Assembly (NCBI GenBank): GCA_051942245.1
Contig: JAVECL010000049.1
Span: forward strand, 1-64,000
Reading direction: 5' to 3'
From: Trypethelium eluteriae
Taxonomy: Eukaryota
Length of the DNA stretch: 64,000 nt
Part shown: in pieces, positions 12,731 to 25,463 of the stretch
Position numbering within the stretch: position 1 is the stretch's first letter
Layout: each line of letters opens with the position of its first letter
Program-made: the position numbers and the translations under genes
The notes under the pieces: model-generated
The model's database searches: none
Told to the model about the DNA's origin: nothing
Seen by the model: only the letters and a program-made list of their open reading frames with translations

Positions 12731-13852
12731 ATGTCCAAACATGTCATCATTAGCAACGTGCATATTTTTGACGGGATTTCCCTTCACGCCGAACAGCAGA
12801 CAGTCGCCCTGGAGAACGGGGTGATAACCAGCATCGAGCCTGCTTCCGATGCTACCGCTAACGCAGAAACGGGGGATATCATCAACGGAATGGGGCAGAC
12901 ATTGATGCCAGGTCTCATTGACTGCCATGTACACCTTCCTGCCTTTCCCAAAGACCATCAAGGCAATGTTGGCCGACTGCAATCCCTTGCCCGTGCTGGC
13001 GTGACAACGGCCCTCGACATGGGCTGGATGACGCCGGCCGAAGTCACAGAGCTGCGCGAATCGGCTCAGCAGCCGTTGACGGATATCCGCTTCGTCGGCT
13101 TGTTTGCTACAGCTTCCGGCAGCAGGCATAGCAGCTTCCACGTTCCCCGCTCTACCGGATTTCTGGTCGACAGCGAGGCAGATGCCGTGCGGTTCGTCAA
13201 AGACCGCATCGAAGAAGGCGTGGATTACGTCAAAATTGTTGCCGACGTCCCAGGTCCAACTCAGGCAGTTATCAACAAACTCGTCTTGGAAGCGCGCAAG
13301 GCTGATAAATTGACCATTGCCCATGCTGCGCGTCTTGCTGCTTACAATATGGCTCGTGAAGGTGGAGTTGATATTTTGACTCACGCTCCTCTGGATACTG
13401 CAGTCTCAGAGGCTGATGCTATCAAGATCAAGACTGAAGGACTAGTCGTAGTTCCCACATTGATCATGGATCAGACTTTGGCCAGCGGTAATGCCATACC
13501 TGGTCTCAGTTATGCAGCAGCGAAGGAAAGCGTGTCGCGCATGCATCGTGCAGGCGTCACTATTCTCACGGGTACTGACGCTAACGGTTCCAGAGTCGCT
13601 CCCGTCCAGCATGGCCCAGCCATGTGGAAAGAGTGCGAATTGCTGGTGGATGCCGGATTGAGTACCCAAGAGGTACTCCAGGCAGCTACCAGCCTTGCTG
13701 CAGGGCATTTTCGTCTACATGATCGCGGGGTTGTCAGGGTAGGTAAGAGGGCCGACCTAATACTTGTCCAGGGGAACCCCTTGGACGACATCCAAGCTTT
13801 GAAGGCCCTCAGAGCCGTATGGATCATTGGCGAGGCAGTCAATCTTGCATAG
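12731..13852 (+). CDS. metal-dependent amidohydrolase (imidazolonepropionase / Xaa-Pro dipeptidase-like superfamily)
   Basis: MPGLIDCHVH, VKIVAD, AHA, THAP, GTDA and GKRADLILVQGNP motifs. Single exon. Confidence 0.88.
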   Translation: MSKHVIISNVHIFDGISLHAEQQTVALENGVITSIEPASDATANAETGDIINGMGQTLMPGLIDCHVHLPAFPKDHQGNVGRLQSLARAGVTTALDMGWMTPAEVTELRESAQQPLTDIRFVGLFATASGSRHSSFHVPRSTGFLVDSEADAVRFVKDRIEEGVDYVKIVADVPGPTQAVINKLVLEARKADKLTIAHAARLAAYNMAREGGVDILTHAPLDTAVSEADAIKIKTEGLVVVPTLIMDQTLASGNAIPGLSYAAAKESVSRMHRAGVTILTGTDANGSRVAPVQHGPAMWKECELLVDAGLSTQEVLQAATSLAAGHFRLHDRGVVRVGKRADLILVQGNPLDDIQALKALRAVWIIGEAVNLA

Positions 13853-14814
13853 TAGACCGCACTCTTGATGCAGTTGGTGACATTTGGACCGGCTATAGCA
13901 AGGGTTGAATTGGGTCACGCTCGAACGGAGTAGCATTGGAGGCCCGGCAAGTAACGCAATGCATGATGCATAGCGATCCGAACAAGCTATAGAGACGACA
14001 AAAAGAATTATTTGCATCAGTTCTCACCAATGGAATCCATCGTATAACTGGTGATGCCTGTCGAAATATTCGTTGACTTGTAGGGCGACACGGCCCATTG
14101 CCTTGTTCGGAAGCGGATATTTCTAAGACAAGTGAGAACATCCAATTTTCCCCCTCGAAACCTTTGTGCAATCTCTTACCTGCGAACCAATCATCAACCC
14201 GATTTATACAGAATTGGTACGTGTGTGTACCCAGCTGAACGGTCGGGCGTCGGTTCTGAGACGTTTATGCGCACCGCTGTAGCGCGGTAAAACTTGCCTT
14301 CGGAAATAAAGCGTGCAGGATGCTTTGCTTCCAAGCACTGCTGAAGCTTGGGGATGTACAATCGTACACTATTGATCTCCGAAGGTATGTGATGAGGCTC
14401 AGTGCTTTTGAATTGAGAGATTCCAGCTTCTTATTCTTTATCAACGTCTATGGATCTCCCTAGGCACAACATCGAAACTCGAAATAACGGAAGGAGTGCG
14501 AAGTGCTGTGGATTGATGCGAGCCGTATACATCATTAGCGTTCCCAAAGCAGCCACCACAGAAAATCACAGCTTGGACCTCATATCTTATTTACGGTTTG
14601 GTATCGCGCGCCGTCGTGCTATATTGGGCTCAAGATCGTGGAATGGCAAGAAAGAATAGCAAATTATACTACAGCGTGGTCGATGTTGCTGCGGTCGCGG
14701 AACTCGGCAATCAAGTCTTGCGACAACAAAGCTGAGGCATTTGGAGGGAGGCAGAGTCCCGCTGGTATCAAACTCAATAGTGAGCAATAGCCCGAGATGA
14801 AGACAACCCTTCCT

Positions 14815-16548
14815 TCAAGTCAAGACCTGCCATGTCGTGTTCCGGTCTACCCTTCCCTTCACAGTATATCGACCTTGGTCGACCATGTGCTTGACCGTCC
14901 AATGCATGATCGGCTCCGTCTGGCGAATTGCGCGATGTCGACCCATATTCATCCGAACCTTCTTCTCCCAGCTTTCACCATCAGCCGTCAAAAGGTGGAC
15001 TTTAATCGGCCAGAATTCTAGGACCCACCACCCTTTTGCTTCGACCAGTTGGTCGTTGACGGATGACAGCGCGTCGAAATGGTCTTCATTCGATTCGGAG
15101 AGCAGAGCAAGATTTTGGTAGCCGCTGTCCCGAGAAGCAAAAGTGGATTTAATGGGGCTAGAGTTGCTTCGGTCAGTCAGCAGTGTTGAGCGTCGCTGCA
15201 ACGTTAGCTCGGTCCCAGTTTCGTACTTCTCCATTAAGGAAGGCGGCGGGCCGAGAGAAGGGTTTGACGATGGCTGATATGTCGGCCAAAGCGAAAATAT
15301 GTCGAGACCTTGCTCAGCTAGGCTAGCTGGGTCGAATAAGATGCCTGTGTCGCACTCGAAGCATTGTCGTATCATCCAGCGAAGGGGAATACGCGATAGC
15401 ATATGCCGGCATTCATTCGCGACCGCGCCTCCTCCAACGTCTGCGTGTGCGCCCATAAACCAGACTTCGAGAACGTCGGTCTGGACCTTGTGGTGCTCTT
15501 TACGGGTGGTATCATAAGCCTCAAAGTCGGATTCAAGCTTCTTTTGCAAAATTGTTGAGTTTTTGTTATCATCGTTGTCCTGAAAGGGAGTGCCGCCGTT
15601 GGTAAGGTTGCTTCTGTCCAAGCTGGTATCATTTGATTTGATTGCACCAACTTTCACCTCGGAGTTGAAGCGTTTGGGGACCCCATTGTGCTCAGTTCCT
15701 CTTCGCACTTGCGGTTTAGGCGCGTAGCCACCACTGGTGTTGTGGTACTGATTAACTGGGTTGTCTGGGTCGTCCTGCTGCCACTGGCAGACCTTGAACT
15801 TCGCCCGATGCTCATCAAGAGCCATAGCGTGCCGAAAGTGATGGATAGAGTTCGTCGGAGACTTGCTGAATGGCAGTTTGCGTGGAATGAAGCCCACGCT
15901 CGCGACACAGTCCCAGACACCAAGGAAGTAGACATTGACATTTGTACAAAATGTTTTCTTGAACTCGGCACTCATCTTCCAGCCCTCGGGCGTGTCATCC
16001 TTGTAGAATTTGAAGGCAAAGTTGACCTGAGCGCCATTACTGGCGGGCAACAGCCCAACTTTGTGTAGCATGCCAGCCAAACAGCGGACCGTGTACGCGC
16101 CCCGAGAAAAGCCGAACAGACAGATTCTATCACCATCCCGGTAATTTTGCATCAAGAACTTGTACGCATCTTTGATGTGGATTCCCAGCCCACTGCCCAC
16201 TGCCATATCCAATGCGGCCCCAATGCCATTCTGCAGACCTCCTTTGCCGTAGGTACCAATGCCAGCCTGGTAGTACGTTACCTGTTTTGCGGATTCATGC
16301 TTCTTGAGGCACGAAACCAAATGGACGACGTTGCTGTTGTCGCTATCGAATTTGTCGCCAGTGCCATCGAGGCAGACGACAACAGTACGGCCAGAAATAC
16401 TTGACTCCCGAGAATCCTTGACAGCACGAATGTATTTGGGAAGCGGTGATGTGTTCTTCTCCACCGGAAATACCGGCGATTGGCTTGTGTGGGGAGTATA
16501 CTCTGAGGATTGAATGGGATATGATCCCGTCTTCTTCACTTCGCACAT
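14815..16548 (-). CDS. DUF2235 / Tle1-like alpha/beta-hydrolase
   Basis: VCLDGT, GFSRGAYTVR nucleophile elbow, GVWDCVASVG, RHAMALDEHR, EVWFMGAHADVGGG. The start Met is uncertain. Confidence 0.88.
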   Translation of the reverse strand: MCEVKKTGSYPIQSSEYTPHTSQSPVFPVEKNTSPLPKYIRAVKDSRESSISGRTVVVCLDGTGDKFDSDNSNVVHLVSCLKKHESAKQVTYYQAGIGTYGKGGLQNGIGAALDMAVGSGLGIHIKDAYKFLMQNYRDGDRICLFGFSRGAYTVRCLAGMLHKVGLLPASNGAQVNFAFKFYKDDTPEGWKMSAEFKKTFCTNVNVYFLGVWDCVASVGFIPRKLPFSKSPTNSIHHFRHAMALDEHRAKFKVCQWQQDDPDNPVNQYHNTSGGYAPKPQVRRGTEHNGVPKRFNSEVKVGAIKSNDTSLDRSNLTNGGTPFQDNDDNKNSTILQKKLESDFEAYDTTRKEHHKVQTDVLEVWFMGAHADVGGGAVANECRHMLSRIPLRWMIRQCFECDTGILFDPASLAEQGLDIFSLWPTYQPSSNPSLGPPPSLMEKYETGTELTLQRRSTLLTDRSNSSPIKSTFASRDSGYQNLALLSESNEDHFDALSSVNDQLVEAKGWWVLEFWPIKVHLLTADGESWEKKVRMNMGRHRAIRQTEPIMHWTVKHMVDQGRYTVKGRVDRNTTWQVLT

Positions 16549-18134
16549 CGTGGAAGCAGGAACGTGTTCCGATCCCAGTAGCTTCGTCGGCCTGCTCAGC
16601 GAGGGATTAAGCAATCAAGAACAAGAGAATGGAGAGCGTGATAAAGAAAAGCGTCGCGCCGCAGGACAGTAACAAGTCGGAGTTTCTAATGCCCCAAAGG
16701 AACAGGACCATATCAATCACACGCGCGACAGAACAGCGAGTCAATAATATCGTGATGATACCTACCGAAAATTCGGGCCCTACTGTCTGCAAATCGGCCA
16801 TTGGCATATGGAACGATCGATCTCAGCCAGCCACTATGAACGCTATTGAGAGATAGCGCTGGTGGGACAAAGTGGAGTTCATTGTGTGTCTCAAGTCATT
16901 TGTAGTGGGTAACGCTCTAGGGGTGAGTGGATGACCAATGAAGGGACTTCTTGGGCTCGGAGCGGCGCGTGGCAGAACTTTATCACCTTATGCTCTACTG
17001 CCTTAGGCAGAGTAGTTCTGGTAGCTGTACATCCTCCGGAAATCCCGAATCGGAGGAGAGAGGAAGGGGAAGCGAATCGTTCGAAATCAAGCTAGTGACT
17101 GTTGATCGTGGAAGCTTACGGTGAAGGTGATCGGCTGGCGTCGGCTAGGTACTTCTCTGTATGGCCTCTGGGAACGGGTGTATCCGACACCGAGACATCG
17201 AGTTGCGCTTGGCTCTACGCCATCGAAGCGGATCCGATCTTAGCGCAGATGATCGTGAAAAGCTGAGAAATATAGGCAATCTCCATGAGTCGTATCATCT
17301 CCCGAAGGGCCGCAGCCGAGCAGGCATGTTCCCATCTCTGTCGAAGTGCAATGACCCTTAGATAGGTCAATCTACAATTGGCTTAACGCTCAAGACCCTT
17401 CTCAGATTCTCCTCTGGCTCCGTCCAACGAGATTACGAGCTAACTATCGGACGGGTCTTCATTGTCACGATTGCGTACAATGTCTCCTTGACGTCCCACC
17501 GCTTTTACCTATTGTAATGATAGCTGACTTGCGTCTTCGCTGTCACGTCAAGAAAATCACGCAACCAGGACCACACCAATCTCTGATTCAAGGGTGCGTT
17601 CATCGGTGGAAATTTCTCATTGAAGGCTGTTACCGATCTGGAGGCGAATCAGACACTCCGTAGACCAAGACACATGCAAGGTGAGAGCATAGCTTGACCG
17701 ACAGCCCTCTATGCGACACCACGCAGAGTATTGGTAGGCTGTGTGACCTCGAGTGCATGGTGATCCAAATGAAGCCAAGCCAATTCGTTGCTAACAGCAC
17801 CGGATCCCCATTAACTTACCCAGTTAGGATTCCACATAGTCTCGCCTGTGCATCTTCGAAATTTGAAATCGACTGAACTCAAGCATATCATCACGAATCG
17901 TCGCTTGCCCATCGTCCAATGGGATGGTAGGTCCTCGACGTCGATCGATCTCAAATTTCGATCCTCATGCTATTATTCCAGTAGCCCGTTTGAATGGCTT
18001 GGTGCAGAAATCTGTCCCTCAAACTTATTTCCGAACTACTCCCTCATCCCCCATCTCTTGGCTCCTCACAATTCTCCTATTCATAATCTTTTCTCTATTG
18101 CCTTCTGTGCTCAAAAGGTGTACGGTTTATCAAA

Positions 18135-21100
18135 ATGTCGGCGCAATTAAGATCCTTGATAGGCTCGATCAGAAGAAAACCGACTAGAGCAGCTGATGGA
18201 TCATCAGACGAGTCAGCAAATGGTACTGCAGACGAGGAGAAGACCAGCATTGCACACGACTTGAGGCATCTTGGTCTCAAGAACACCGAAACGGTCATCG
18301 ATGCGTTCCCAACGTTGGTCTCCGGTAAGCCTCTGGACGATAAGGATCTCTTGCTTGAACATGGTGTTTCCATGCTTCAAGGAATGCCACCAAACAGTGG
18401 CCTGAGCGAAAAAGTGTCCGATGACTTTATTTCGATGCTGTGGCATGACTTACCCCATCCTTCTGGCACAGTGGCTGGTCCAACGTCCAGATATCGAAGA
18501 CATGACGGCGGCAATAACAACCCGTGGCTGCCAGAGATGGGCAAAGCAGGGTCAGCATATGCGAGAAATGTGCCTCCAATGAAGCCCAAAGGACCTAATT
18601 TGCCTGATGTGGACTCTGTTTTTGAAGCGCTTCTGAAGCGCGATGGGCCATTCCGCAAGCATCCCTCAGGCTTGAACCGGCTATTTTTTTCCTTCGCGAC
18701 AGTCGTCATTCATGAATGCTTCCAAACATCGAGGACGAATGCATGGATCAATGACACATCGAGCTATGTCGATCTGAGTACACTTTATGGCAATACAGAG
18801 AAAGAACAAAAGCGTGTGCGAACATATCAGAATGGGACTATTTGGCCCGATTCGGTCGCCTCAGAGAGGATCATGATGATGCCTCCAGGCGTGATCGCCG
18901 TCCTAATACTGTTCTCGAGGAATCACAACCAAATTGCCGAAGGTCTGCTATCTGTCAATGAAGACGGCAAGTATAAGCCCTGGGATACTCTAGATGATGA
19001 GGGCAGAAGATGGTGAGCGGCCCACGATGTATGTTTACCAAGCACATGTTCTAACGAGCAATCTGTAGGCAAGATGAAGATATCTTCCAAATCACCCGCA
19101 ACATCAATGTCGGCTTTTTCGCAACAGTCGTACTGAAAGACTATGTCGCAGCTATTCTCAACACTCCACGAGCGAACTCTGAGTGGTCACTCAACCTAGG
19201 CAAGGAGCTCAAACAGGGCGGGAATCGACTCGAGCGTGGTTGTGGAAATGTTGTCTCTGTTGAGTTCGCCGTACTTTACCATTGGCATGCAGCGCTAAGT
19301 GCTGCGGATGATAAATGGATGGAGGGTATAATAAGACAGACGCACCCCGAACTGGACTCACTAGATGATGTGACGGCTGAAATGTTCGAAAAGCTTGTGA
19401 AAGCTTACGGTCACGAACTGATGGCAACCCCGCCGAGGGAATGGACATTCGGGGGTCTCAAGCGAGAGCCCGATGGGAGATTCAAGGACAGCGAGCTCGC
19501 AGAAATCATCAAAAGCTGCGTAGAAGAACCGGCACATGCATTCGGGGCACATGGTACGCCAGCCAGTCTCAAGGTTGTGGACATTATGGGCCAGTTGCAG
19601 GCTAGAAACCAGTTCAATGTCTGCACGCTGAATGAGTATGTGCCCTTGATCTACTGACCGAGACAAGACTAGTGGCTAAACAAATGCACCAGATTCCGGA
19701 AATATCTTAATTTAAAAGAATACAAGGACTTCGAGAGCTGGAACCCGGATAAAGAGGTTGCGCGGGCTGCAGAGCTTCTCTATGGGCATATCGACAACCT
19801 CGAGCTGTACCCCGGCCTTATGGCTGAATGCACGAAACCTGCCATGCCAGGTAGTGGTGTCTGTCCAGGGCAGACAACAGGAAGAGGTATCTTGGACGAT
19901 GCAGTCTCTTTGGTCCGCGGCGACCGGTTCCTGAGCTACGACTTCAACAGCAATAGTCTGACCAATTGGGGGGCAGCGAAGCTGCAAGAGCCTCCGGCTG
20001 GTTCGTACGGTGGCATGCTGCCGACTCTGATCTTCAATGGCCTGCCAGGTGAATTCACCGGTACCTCCCCTTACGCTTTGATTCCTTTCTATACGCCTGA
20101 AGCCGCCAAGGGAATCTTGAAGGGCAACAAGGTGCTCCAAAAGTATGATCTGGCAAGGCCTCCAAGCGATCGGGAAATCATCAGTATTCAGACACAAGAA
20201 GGCTGCAAACGTGCATTCGAAGATCGTGACAACTTCCGGGTCATGTACCAGGCCGCGATTCGCAACTGTACGGATGGTCATGACTTTATGATTGGTTGGG
20301 ACGATGCCAAACGACACGAGCCCCGATCAAGTATTCTTCATAAAGTCTTCTTCGAGGAAGGGTTTGAGAAGAATGTTTCTGCGTTCTTCAGCATTAACGT
20401 GAAGAAGCTTATCCAGAAAAACTCCTTATCGTTCACCAAGGGGAGAAGAACTATCGATATCGTCCGCGACGTCACTAATATCACACCGATTCTTTGGCTT
20501 GCGGAGCGCTTCGCGCTTCCGCTCAAGACACAAGAACAGCCCCATGGTCTGCTAAGTGTTCACGATGCTTTCCTCGCATACCTGGTGCTTTTCATGTACC
20601 AGAGCTTCAACATCATTCCGGGCAATGAATGGAAACTGAGAGAAGGGGCTATGCAAGCAGCCGCTCCTCTTCGAAAGATCTTTGAAACTCATTTGAAGAC
20701 TCAATATGGGATTCAGGAGGTCGTGGTCGACTGGTTGGCAAAGGGTAGCGCGTTCGAAGTTGGCCCACATGCTGACCGGATATACCATGCACTTCACGAC
20801 ACCAAGCTGCCTATCGGCGATATGGTTGGCGATTGCATTGGTATGGGAGCACCAGTTGCGGGCAACATCACGCAACAGGCTTCTTTGCTCGTTGATCTGT
20901 TCCTGAGCCCAGGATACGAGCAATACAAGGACCGCATCGTTCAGCTTGCAAACATGGATGAGGCTTCGTCAGAAAGGGAGCTCCAGGGCTTTGTATTCGA
21001 AGGCATGAGACATGCCGGCGTTGTTCCTGGACTGCCTCGCGTTGCTGCCAATGATGTTACTATCGTCGATGGCGCCCGTGGACCCATTCACATCAAGGCT

Positions 21101-21436
21101 GGCCACACCATCCTTATCGCCACGTCCAAGGCGGCTATGGACCCTGCTGCATTCCCCGAACCTGAGAAGTTGAATCCGCATCGACCGTTCGAGGACTACA
21201 CTCTCTTAGGACACGGGCTGCACTTCTGTTTTGGTGCCCGACTTGTCGGCTGCTCGCTGGCTGCGACGCTGAGAGAGGTGTTCAAGCTCAAGAATTTACG
21301 ACGAGCGCCGGGTAAGGAAGGACGGTTCACTGTTGTCGAGCACCACCTCGCTGGCATTAGGATGAGGCAGTATCTGGATTCCAATTCTAGGGAATCACCC
21401 ATTCCGACGTCCCTCACACTTGTGTATGATGAGTAG
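18135..21436 (+). CDS. fatty-acid dioxygenase-cytochrome P450 fusion (heme peroxidase plus P450; Ppo / linoleate diol synthase family)
   Basis: IHECFQT, SSYVDLSTLYG, EFAVLYHWH, LELYPG and LVRGDRF in the dioxygenase domain. EGMR and GHGLHFCFG in the P450 domain. Introns at 19013-19068 and 19636-19692. Confidence 0.93.
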
Positions 21437-22145
21437 ATATACCCGAGGACTTCCTTAGCATACAAATGCAAGGATGCCCCTCCCGCTGAAACCTGATCGG
21501 GCTGGTGTGTCTTTTCCAGCGAGTATTTAGATCCAACGACCTGCAGACATTTTGAACTTTTGTAACCGATGGCCAAAGAAGTCCATTCGCTGAGTCAAAC
21601 CTGAAAATTGATTGATTCACTTTCGTTTTTGTGATTGTATCATCTGATCTGTCAAGATTCTTAGCAGGGATGGAGTCATTTACCTAACCTCGACGTGATG
21701 TACTTGCCAACCTCGAGAAGTACTTCTTCAGCTACCTTAATTGTGCTAATTAAATTGCCGCTCACGAAGATTGTGAGCTTACGATAACTGATATTAGAAC
21801 AGCTTGATTTTTCTACCCTGCCCGAGCGTCATCGGGAAGCGTGATCGTGCGTGGTTCATTGATGAGTACCTTAGAGGTATTAGCCTTGCGGAACGCGTAC
21901 GATATGGCGGACAATACAGTCAGCCAATTACCACTGCGGCCGATGCTGCCACCGCTGCGGTGGCTGTACAGCCCATCGCAGATCATCGATAGCAGGCCTT
22001 CCGGGAAAGCCTTGCTCCCTCCCGAGAAAACCTTGCTAGCTTACTGATTGAATGAATCGACAGTCACGACCTTGATTTGCCTTGATGTCGTGCGATGAAA
22101 GTGAGATGAGCAGTATACATTTGAACGCAGAAAAGTGAAGTTGCC

Positions 22146-23205
22146 ATGGATCCTGCATCAATTGTTGGAATCGTTAGTTCGGTGGTTGGGATTGCAGACG
22201 TGGTGACGAGAAGCATCAGGAGCCTCAACAGCCTCAAAACAAAGTATCGAGATACACCATTGATCGTCTCTACACTCATAGGTCAACTCTTTACGACGCA
22301 GGTTGCCCTCCAACAGTTGTCATCGTGGGCAGAAGATTATCCACGCAAGTCAGCTGGTTCTGAAGGTGGACGCTACCCAGAACTCGTTGCGCAAGTCGGT
22401 AGCGCCCTCGACTGTTTTGGCCCCTTGGTTGTGTCTCTACAGCGTGATTTGGACCAATTTGAAGGGTCAAATAAGACCAGTATGAGCTTCACAAGAAGGA
22501 TGTCATTTCTCTGGAATGAACGTGACTTGAATGACTACCTCGGGTTGTTGGATCGTCAAGTCAACGCACTCACACTGCTTCTTCAAGCTATACAATGGTA
22601 TGCAAAAAGTTGCAAATTTATAACCTTGCGCTGAAACTAAATTCTTTAGTAAAACCCAAGATCAACAGAGAGAATTACTGGCAGAGAAAGAGAGCCAGAC
22701 AGTTTTACGTCGTGCGAGAGATTGTAGGTCCTCGCTGGTTGGCTTCGACGAAATAACTGGAAATGATGGAAATGACGGTACAAGCATTGTCTCGGAAGGC
22801 ATGACCGCTCTCAGCGTAGCATTTGACTTTGATGCCATACTAATGTCGTCAAGAGCTTATCAAACTGCGCAAAGATCACTAATAAGGCAGCTCGTGAATA
22901 ATCAAAGGGACAAGAACCAATCTCAAGAGGTGTCGGCCGAGAACAAGAGTGCTTTGCAGACTCCGGAAGAAAATGAGACTGTAGAAAGGAACGCAGCTGG
23001 GGTGGCAAATTCAGAGGGTTTAAGTTTACCTGTACCATATTCCGATGATCCCAAGGAGTGGACACCGCGATGCGGCAGACACAACCTTACTCTCATGTCC
23101 GAGTCTACCCCGGAGAGCCTTATCTCTATGACGGGCTCGAATGTCAAGTCGTCTTTACGTCGCCAACTACCCCCTCGATTACCCCTCCACATCAATTACT
23201 TATAG
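22146..23205 (+). CDS. protein with fungal N-terminal helical (HeLo-like / STAND N-terminal) domain and no recognisable C-terminal domain; possibly truncated
   Basis: MDPASIVGIVSSVVGIADVV start, FLWNE...LDRQVNALTLLLQAIQC. Intron 22598-22649 joins in frame to FDFDAILMSSRAYQ. Confidence 0.65.
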
Positions 23206-24140
23206 CCGCGGTTCCCAACCACGCGCGTAAACGCACTAACGCACCGGAAGGCAGCTTTGAAAGCATGGAGCTCATTGAAGTTAATCCAAGCCTCTTCTTA
23301 GCACAAAAGAGCAGACCACCGGGCTCTCAAACTCGTCACACATATCGTATCACCGCTGATTGACTCCTTTATCGACTCTCCAGCTCAATTCATCGCAGCA
23401 GCAGCGTGGCTGGCTTGTGCTACATCCCTTGGCACTGCTACCTTGAATATTGTTCTGTACCGCCTCCGCAAACTGTCGGCACATGGCGCTGCTCCATCAA
23501 ACCTCTCCCTGGCTACTGCTGTTGCCGCTGGCTGTAGTAACAGACTCCGTACTTGTTTGCTAAATGGCGAGCAGTGACCCTTTCCATTTGTCCATGCAGC
23601 AAATACTAGGGGAGATCCTTTGGTTCGCATTCCTTGAAGTCAGTCGCGCGAGGAGTTATGAGTGTGTACTTATGGACTGCACATGGGAAAGGGCACTGGG
23701 ACACGATGTCAGACGCCATGAAATTGAACAGCCAAAGACAATAGATTCACGTGCTTGGAATTAATTTCTCCATCTCCATTGTAGCAACACGCTCGATCTT
23801 GGACAAGCATAAGTGCTCCAGATGCTGCAAAGCTTTGTGATGGCTTTTAATGATCGATAGGAAGCGATGGAGTCTTGGGTAAATTCATATGCTTGGCAAC
23901 GGCAGCTTGCTTGGTGCCTCATTATTAGTAGTCTTAGTAGTTGCTATTTTCCATGTTGCGGCGATTTACTGCTGCCTTGTCAATATATCTTTAACTAAGA
24001 TAATGAATTGCCGGATTCCGACTCCACTGCGAAGAGTTAACTCAATGCTCAGACGTGTGGTATCAACCACAAGTCAGTATCGGGATGTAAAGTAATGGAT
24101 ATAGAGAGTGACCAGGAATACGCAAAAATTGGAAAACTAG

Positions 24141-24833
24141 TCATAACTCCAGTTGCATGTATCGTATGTCCAGCCATTGATTCCACTTCCAGCCTACTTT
24201 CTTCAGCAGTCCCGTTTCAACGAACCCGTGACGTGCGTAGAAGCGATGCAATCTCTCCGCCTGCTCATGGTCAGGGTCAACAGTCATGCAGGCGAGAAGT
24301 TGGTGTATGTCTCTGTCTTTGCCTTGATGAGTCGCACGAAGCCACTCCTTTCCCGCGCTTGCACGGTCCGCAGGGGAAATTTGGCTAGTCTTTGGTAGCT
24401 GTGGGCAACTTGCTGGATACTCCTCAGGATGGACACACTCGGCCGCTCCCTTCATCTTCTTCAATCTAGCAATGACTGCCTCTAGAAGCGCTCCGCCGAC
24501 GCCCTGATTCACATGACGCGGATGGCAGTAAATGCTTAGCTCACCAGTATACTGGTAGGCTGCACGTGTACGGAAGGGGCGAACAAAGGCGTATCCCAGG
24601 ATTAGCTCGACGTTGGAGACTGGGGATACAGATGTCTTTGCATGGTCGGCGACGAGATAAGGATATCCCCCTGCCACGACTTCATCATACTGTTGATGCA
24701 CTTCATCGAGCGTAGCGGGTTCGTAAGAGAAGTGTATCAATGTTTCCGCAACGTAGTATTGTTGGATAGCATGAATGGCAGACATGTCGCTGTCGTGGGC
24801 AGGGCGGACGTCAAAGTCTGCTGAAAACGACAT
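24141..24833 (-). CDS. GNAT N-acetyltransferase, phosphinothricin acetyltransferase (Pat/YncA)-like
   Basis: FRTRAAYQYTGELSIYCHP, QGVGGALL acetyl-CoA motif, FYARHGF...VGWKWNQWLD. Confidence 0.85.
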   Translation of the reverse strand: MSFSADFDVRPAHDSDMSAIHAIQQYYVAETLIHFSYEPATLDEVHQQYDEVVAGGYPYLVADHAKTSVSPVSNVELILGYAFVRPFRTRAAYQYTGELSIYCHPRHVNQGVGGALLEAVIARLKKMKGAAECVHPEEYPASCPQLPKTSQISPADRASAGKEWLRATHQGKDRDIHQLLACMTVDPDHEQAERLHRFYARHGFVETGLLKKVGWKWNQWLDIRYMQLEL

Positions 24834-25463
24834 TGTATCTCCTCGCGCATGTCACTCACGAGATGATTTTCGGAACTAATTTGGAAGGCACTGAATGGTA
24901 TGATATATTAATTCCTGAGGCAATGGCGAACCCCGTGGATGAGTAAATGTGTGGTTGCCCAGTGAATGAGCTGGCCACTCCAATCAAAGCGGCAGGTCCT
25001 ATCACCTGTTAATCAATGACATATTGAAATGACCTGCACTGGTTTACGGATTTGGAACGATGCTCGCAAATGCATTTCGAGGTACAAGACAAGGTACGTA
25101 GCAGGTAAACGTACTGGTAAGGTCGGTACCTTGCCTTAGCTGCCAGCGTGGGGTTGGAAAGCCCCACCATCCCTCATGACGCAACGCCTGTCCTAGGAGG
25201 TAGGTCGGGAGCAACTCAACCTACCAACGCATTGTAGAAGATTTTGTTACAATTGCTTTGATCCTTCGCTTGCTACGCGGTTCAGTATTAGCACTAGTGC
25301 GAGTCAATATACATTAGGCAAGATAGATCTCCTTGGTCGAGTCTACGCACTTGCGCGGGTTTTCTCATCCCACCTATTCAAAATAGGCCGCAAACACAAG
25401 ACTCATCGACAGGGAAAGCCCTGGAAGAACAATCAGCGAGGGCGCGTTGGAAGATCTAGCCAA

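Noticed and set aside
14815..16548. DUF2235 gene as a horizontally acquired bacterial T6SS effector
   Set aside because: The family is widespread in fungi and nothing in the sequence indicates recent transfer.
25081..25140. AGGTA/TACCT-rich patch with a short inverted repeat resembling the fold-back termini
   Set aside because: The similarity is limited to about 8 nt with no internal element sequence, and such motifs recur in intergenic DNA here.
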